The position numbers and the translations under genes were made by a program. Positions 47,674 through 48,481 of a stretch of 48,481 bases of DNA are shown here, one piece after another. The first letter of the stretch is position 1. Each line of letters opens with the position of its first letter. The stretch spans positions 1 to 48,481 of the forward strand of contig JBLIRT010000001.1 in the NCBI GenBank assembly GCA_049472445.1, given 5' to 3'. Source of the stretch: a bacterium. Its GTDB lineage: Bacteria; SZUA-182; DTGQ01. The notes below the pieces were generated by a model. That model searched no databases, was not told the origin of the DNA, and worked only from the letters and a program-made list of their open reading frames with translations.

Positions 47674-47813
47674 CATTCCCTCTTGACAAAGAATAAAAAT
47701 CTTCGTATCATATGTCTTTGAGTCTTCAAGCATTATCCTTCCAGATCTTAGCCGTACACTGGTAAGATCTCGGAGCGGAGAGAAAAAATCTCCATGGAAC
47801 GTCCCGTCATCAA

Positions 47814-47890
47814 GGCGGTGTAGCTCAGTTGGTTAGAGCATGCGGCTCATATCCGCAGTGTCCGGGGTTCAAATCCCTGCACCGCCACCA
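47814..47890 (+). tRNA. tRNA with CAT anticodon (elongator Met, or Ile2 if lysidine-modified), CCA encoded
   Basis: The sequence is GGCGGTGTAGCTCAGTTGGTTAGAGCATGCGGCTCATATCCGCAGTGTCCGGGGTTCAAATCCCTGCACCGCCACCA. The G1-C72 pair argues against an initiator. The anticodon arm is TGCGG-CTCATAT-CCGCA. Confidence 0.85.
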
Positions 47891-48191
47891 ACCTTTCAAC
47901 AACTATTTCAATAACTTAATTTGTTTATATACTTCGAAAATACTAGACCCAGACTAGCCCCAAAACATTTGCATACCATATTGTTAAATTACTATTAAAT
48001 AAAATATTAATCATAGAGACTAAATCGCCAATAAATTGTGTCCTTTCCGCAAGCGTACACAAGCTGAGAAAAAATGAACATACGGTACGTACAACCAGCA
48101 GGAGGATTGGTGAGGTTGGTAGCATAGCCCAAATTATCATAATATTTGACCGGACAAAGACAGTAGGGCTTACTCTTTTTCGCTGATGATA

Positions 48192-48481
48192 TCAGGATAG
48201 AGAAGCGATAGTATCCTGATAATTCCAGGGCATCCAAGCTTGAGGTTTTTCAGGAAGGTGAGAGGAATATTTTTGTAGCGCAGTGAGGTAATCAAAAGGG
48301 TTAGCTTTGGCTAAGCTACAGGTATAGATTAAGCTCATAAGTAGATCCCCGACCTGAGCACCATTCTTTGTTTTATAGAAAAGAGCGTTCTTTCGATGGA
48401 GAATTGCCCGTTTGAGTGCCCGCTCTAAGATATTATTGTCGAGCGGCGCACCTGGTACCTGAAGGAATAGGGTAAGTGGTC
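48192..48481 (-). mobile_element. IS66-family transposase (TnpC) C-terminal 96 codons; the gene continues beyond the right edge
   Basis: Missing from the ORF track because it is edge-truncated. Hand translation gives ...PLTLFLQVPGAPLDNNILERALKRAILHRKNALFYKTKNGAQVGDLLMSLIYTCSLAKANPFDYLTALQKYSSHLPEKPQAWMPWNYQDTIASLS, ending in TGA at 48192-48194. This matches the conserved IS66 C-terminal pattern P(L)xNNxxERAxRxxxxxRKNxLF...Y(S/T)LIxTC...NPxxYL...LPWNW. A possible element end, GTAGGGCTTACTC, starts at 48163. Confidence 0.8.

Noticed and set aside
45886-47696. Track ORFs 45886..46089, 46022..46375, 46518..46739, 47227..47427, 47463..47696 in the island
   Set aside because: None has an SD, although real genes here mostly have GGAGG-type sites. 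Several start at TTG or GTG. The translations are odd in composition. One is antisense to the SD-supported 55-aa ORF, and one reads through the MITE inverted repeat.
45684-47813. CRISPR array
   Set aside because: The repeats present are either contiguous (22-23 bp with no spacers) or three copies at irregular 190-290 bp spacing with one inverted. No regular repeat-spacer periodicity occurs here or anywhere else in the window.

Overview
About 45 kb of this window is ordinary core chromosome from a Gram-negative bacterium. Supporting genes are LptF/LptG, the type IV pilus operon pilMNOPQ, a tetraheme cytochrome c3 and a YgiQ radical-SAM protein. By eye it looks like an anaerobic Deltaproteobacteria- or Nitrospirota-like organism of mid GC content; I did not compute taxonomy or GC.

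Gene order:
- lepA (cut by the left edge), an MltD-like transglycosylase, and ygiQ.
- A GalT-like DUF4921 protein convergent with a CBM-bearing hydrolase-like lipoprotein.
- A half-size TSUP permease and a DUF89 phosphatase.
- A proline/aromatic-rich secreted protein, an S8 protease, and a higBA toxin-antitoxin pair.
- Two M16 peptidases, cytochrome c3, lptF and lptG, and a LysM protein.
- The conserved phoH-pgpH-ybeY-dgkA-corC block, in which dgkA is fused to a PAP2 phosphatase.
- A REC-GGDEF regulator convergent with a multi-PAS histidine kinase.
- A 17.5 kb run on the minus strand: tRNA-His/Arg/Lys/Leu, tig, clpP, clpX, lon, der, truA, asnB, pilMNOPQ.

The unusual part is 45.7-48.5 kb. A visibly AT-rich stretch of about 2.1 kb lies between the tRNA cluster and a tRNA-Met(CAT). 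It has no ORF of 60 aa or more that looks real. It does contain:
- Three tandem 22-23 bp iteron-like repeats.
- Two short ORFs below the track cutoff, each with a strong Shine-Dalgarno (SD) site: a 55-aa CxxCxC protein and a 39-aa hydrophobic peptide.
- Several perfect palindromes, one of which holds a consensus DnaA box.
- A MITE-like unit with perfect 16-18 bp terminal inverted repeats and 8-10 bp flanking direct repeats, plus a third solo copy of the repeat.

An IS66-family transposase fragment follows the tRNA-Met at the right edge. I found no CRISPR array, no rRNA and no recognisable defence system. The accessory-region interpretations are inferences from sequence patterns only.
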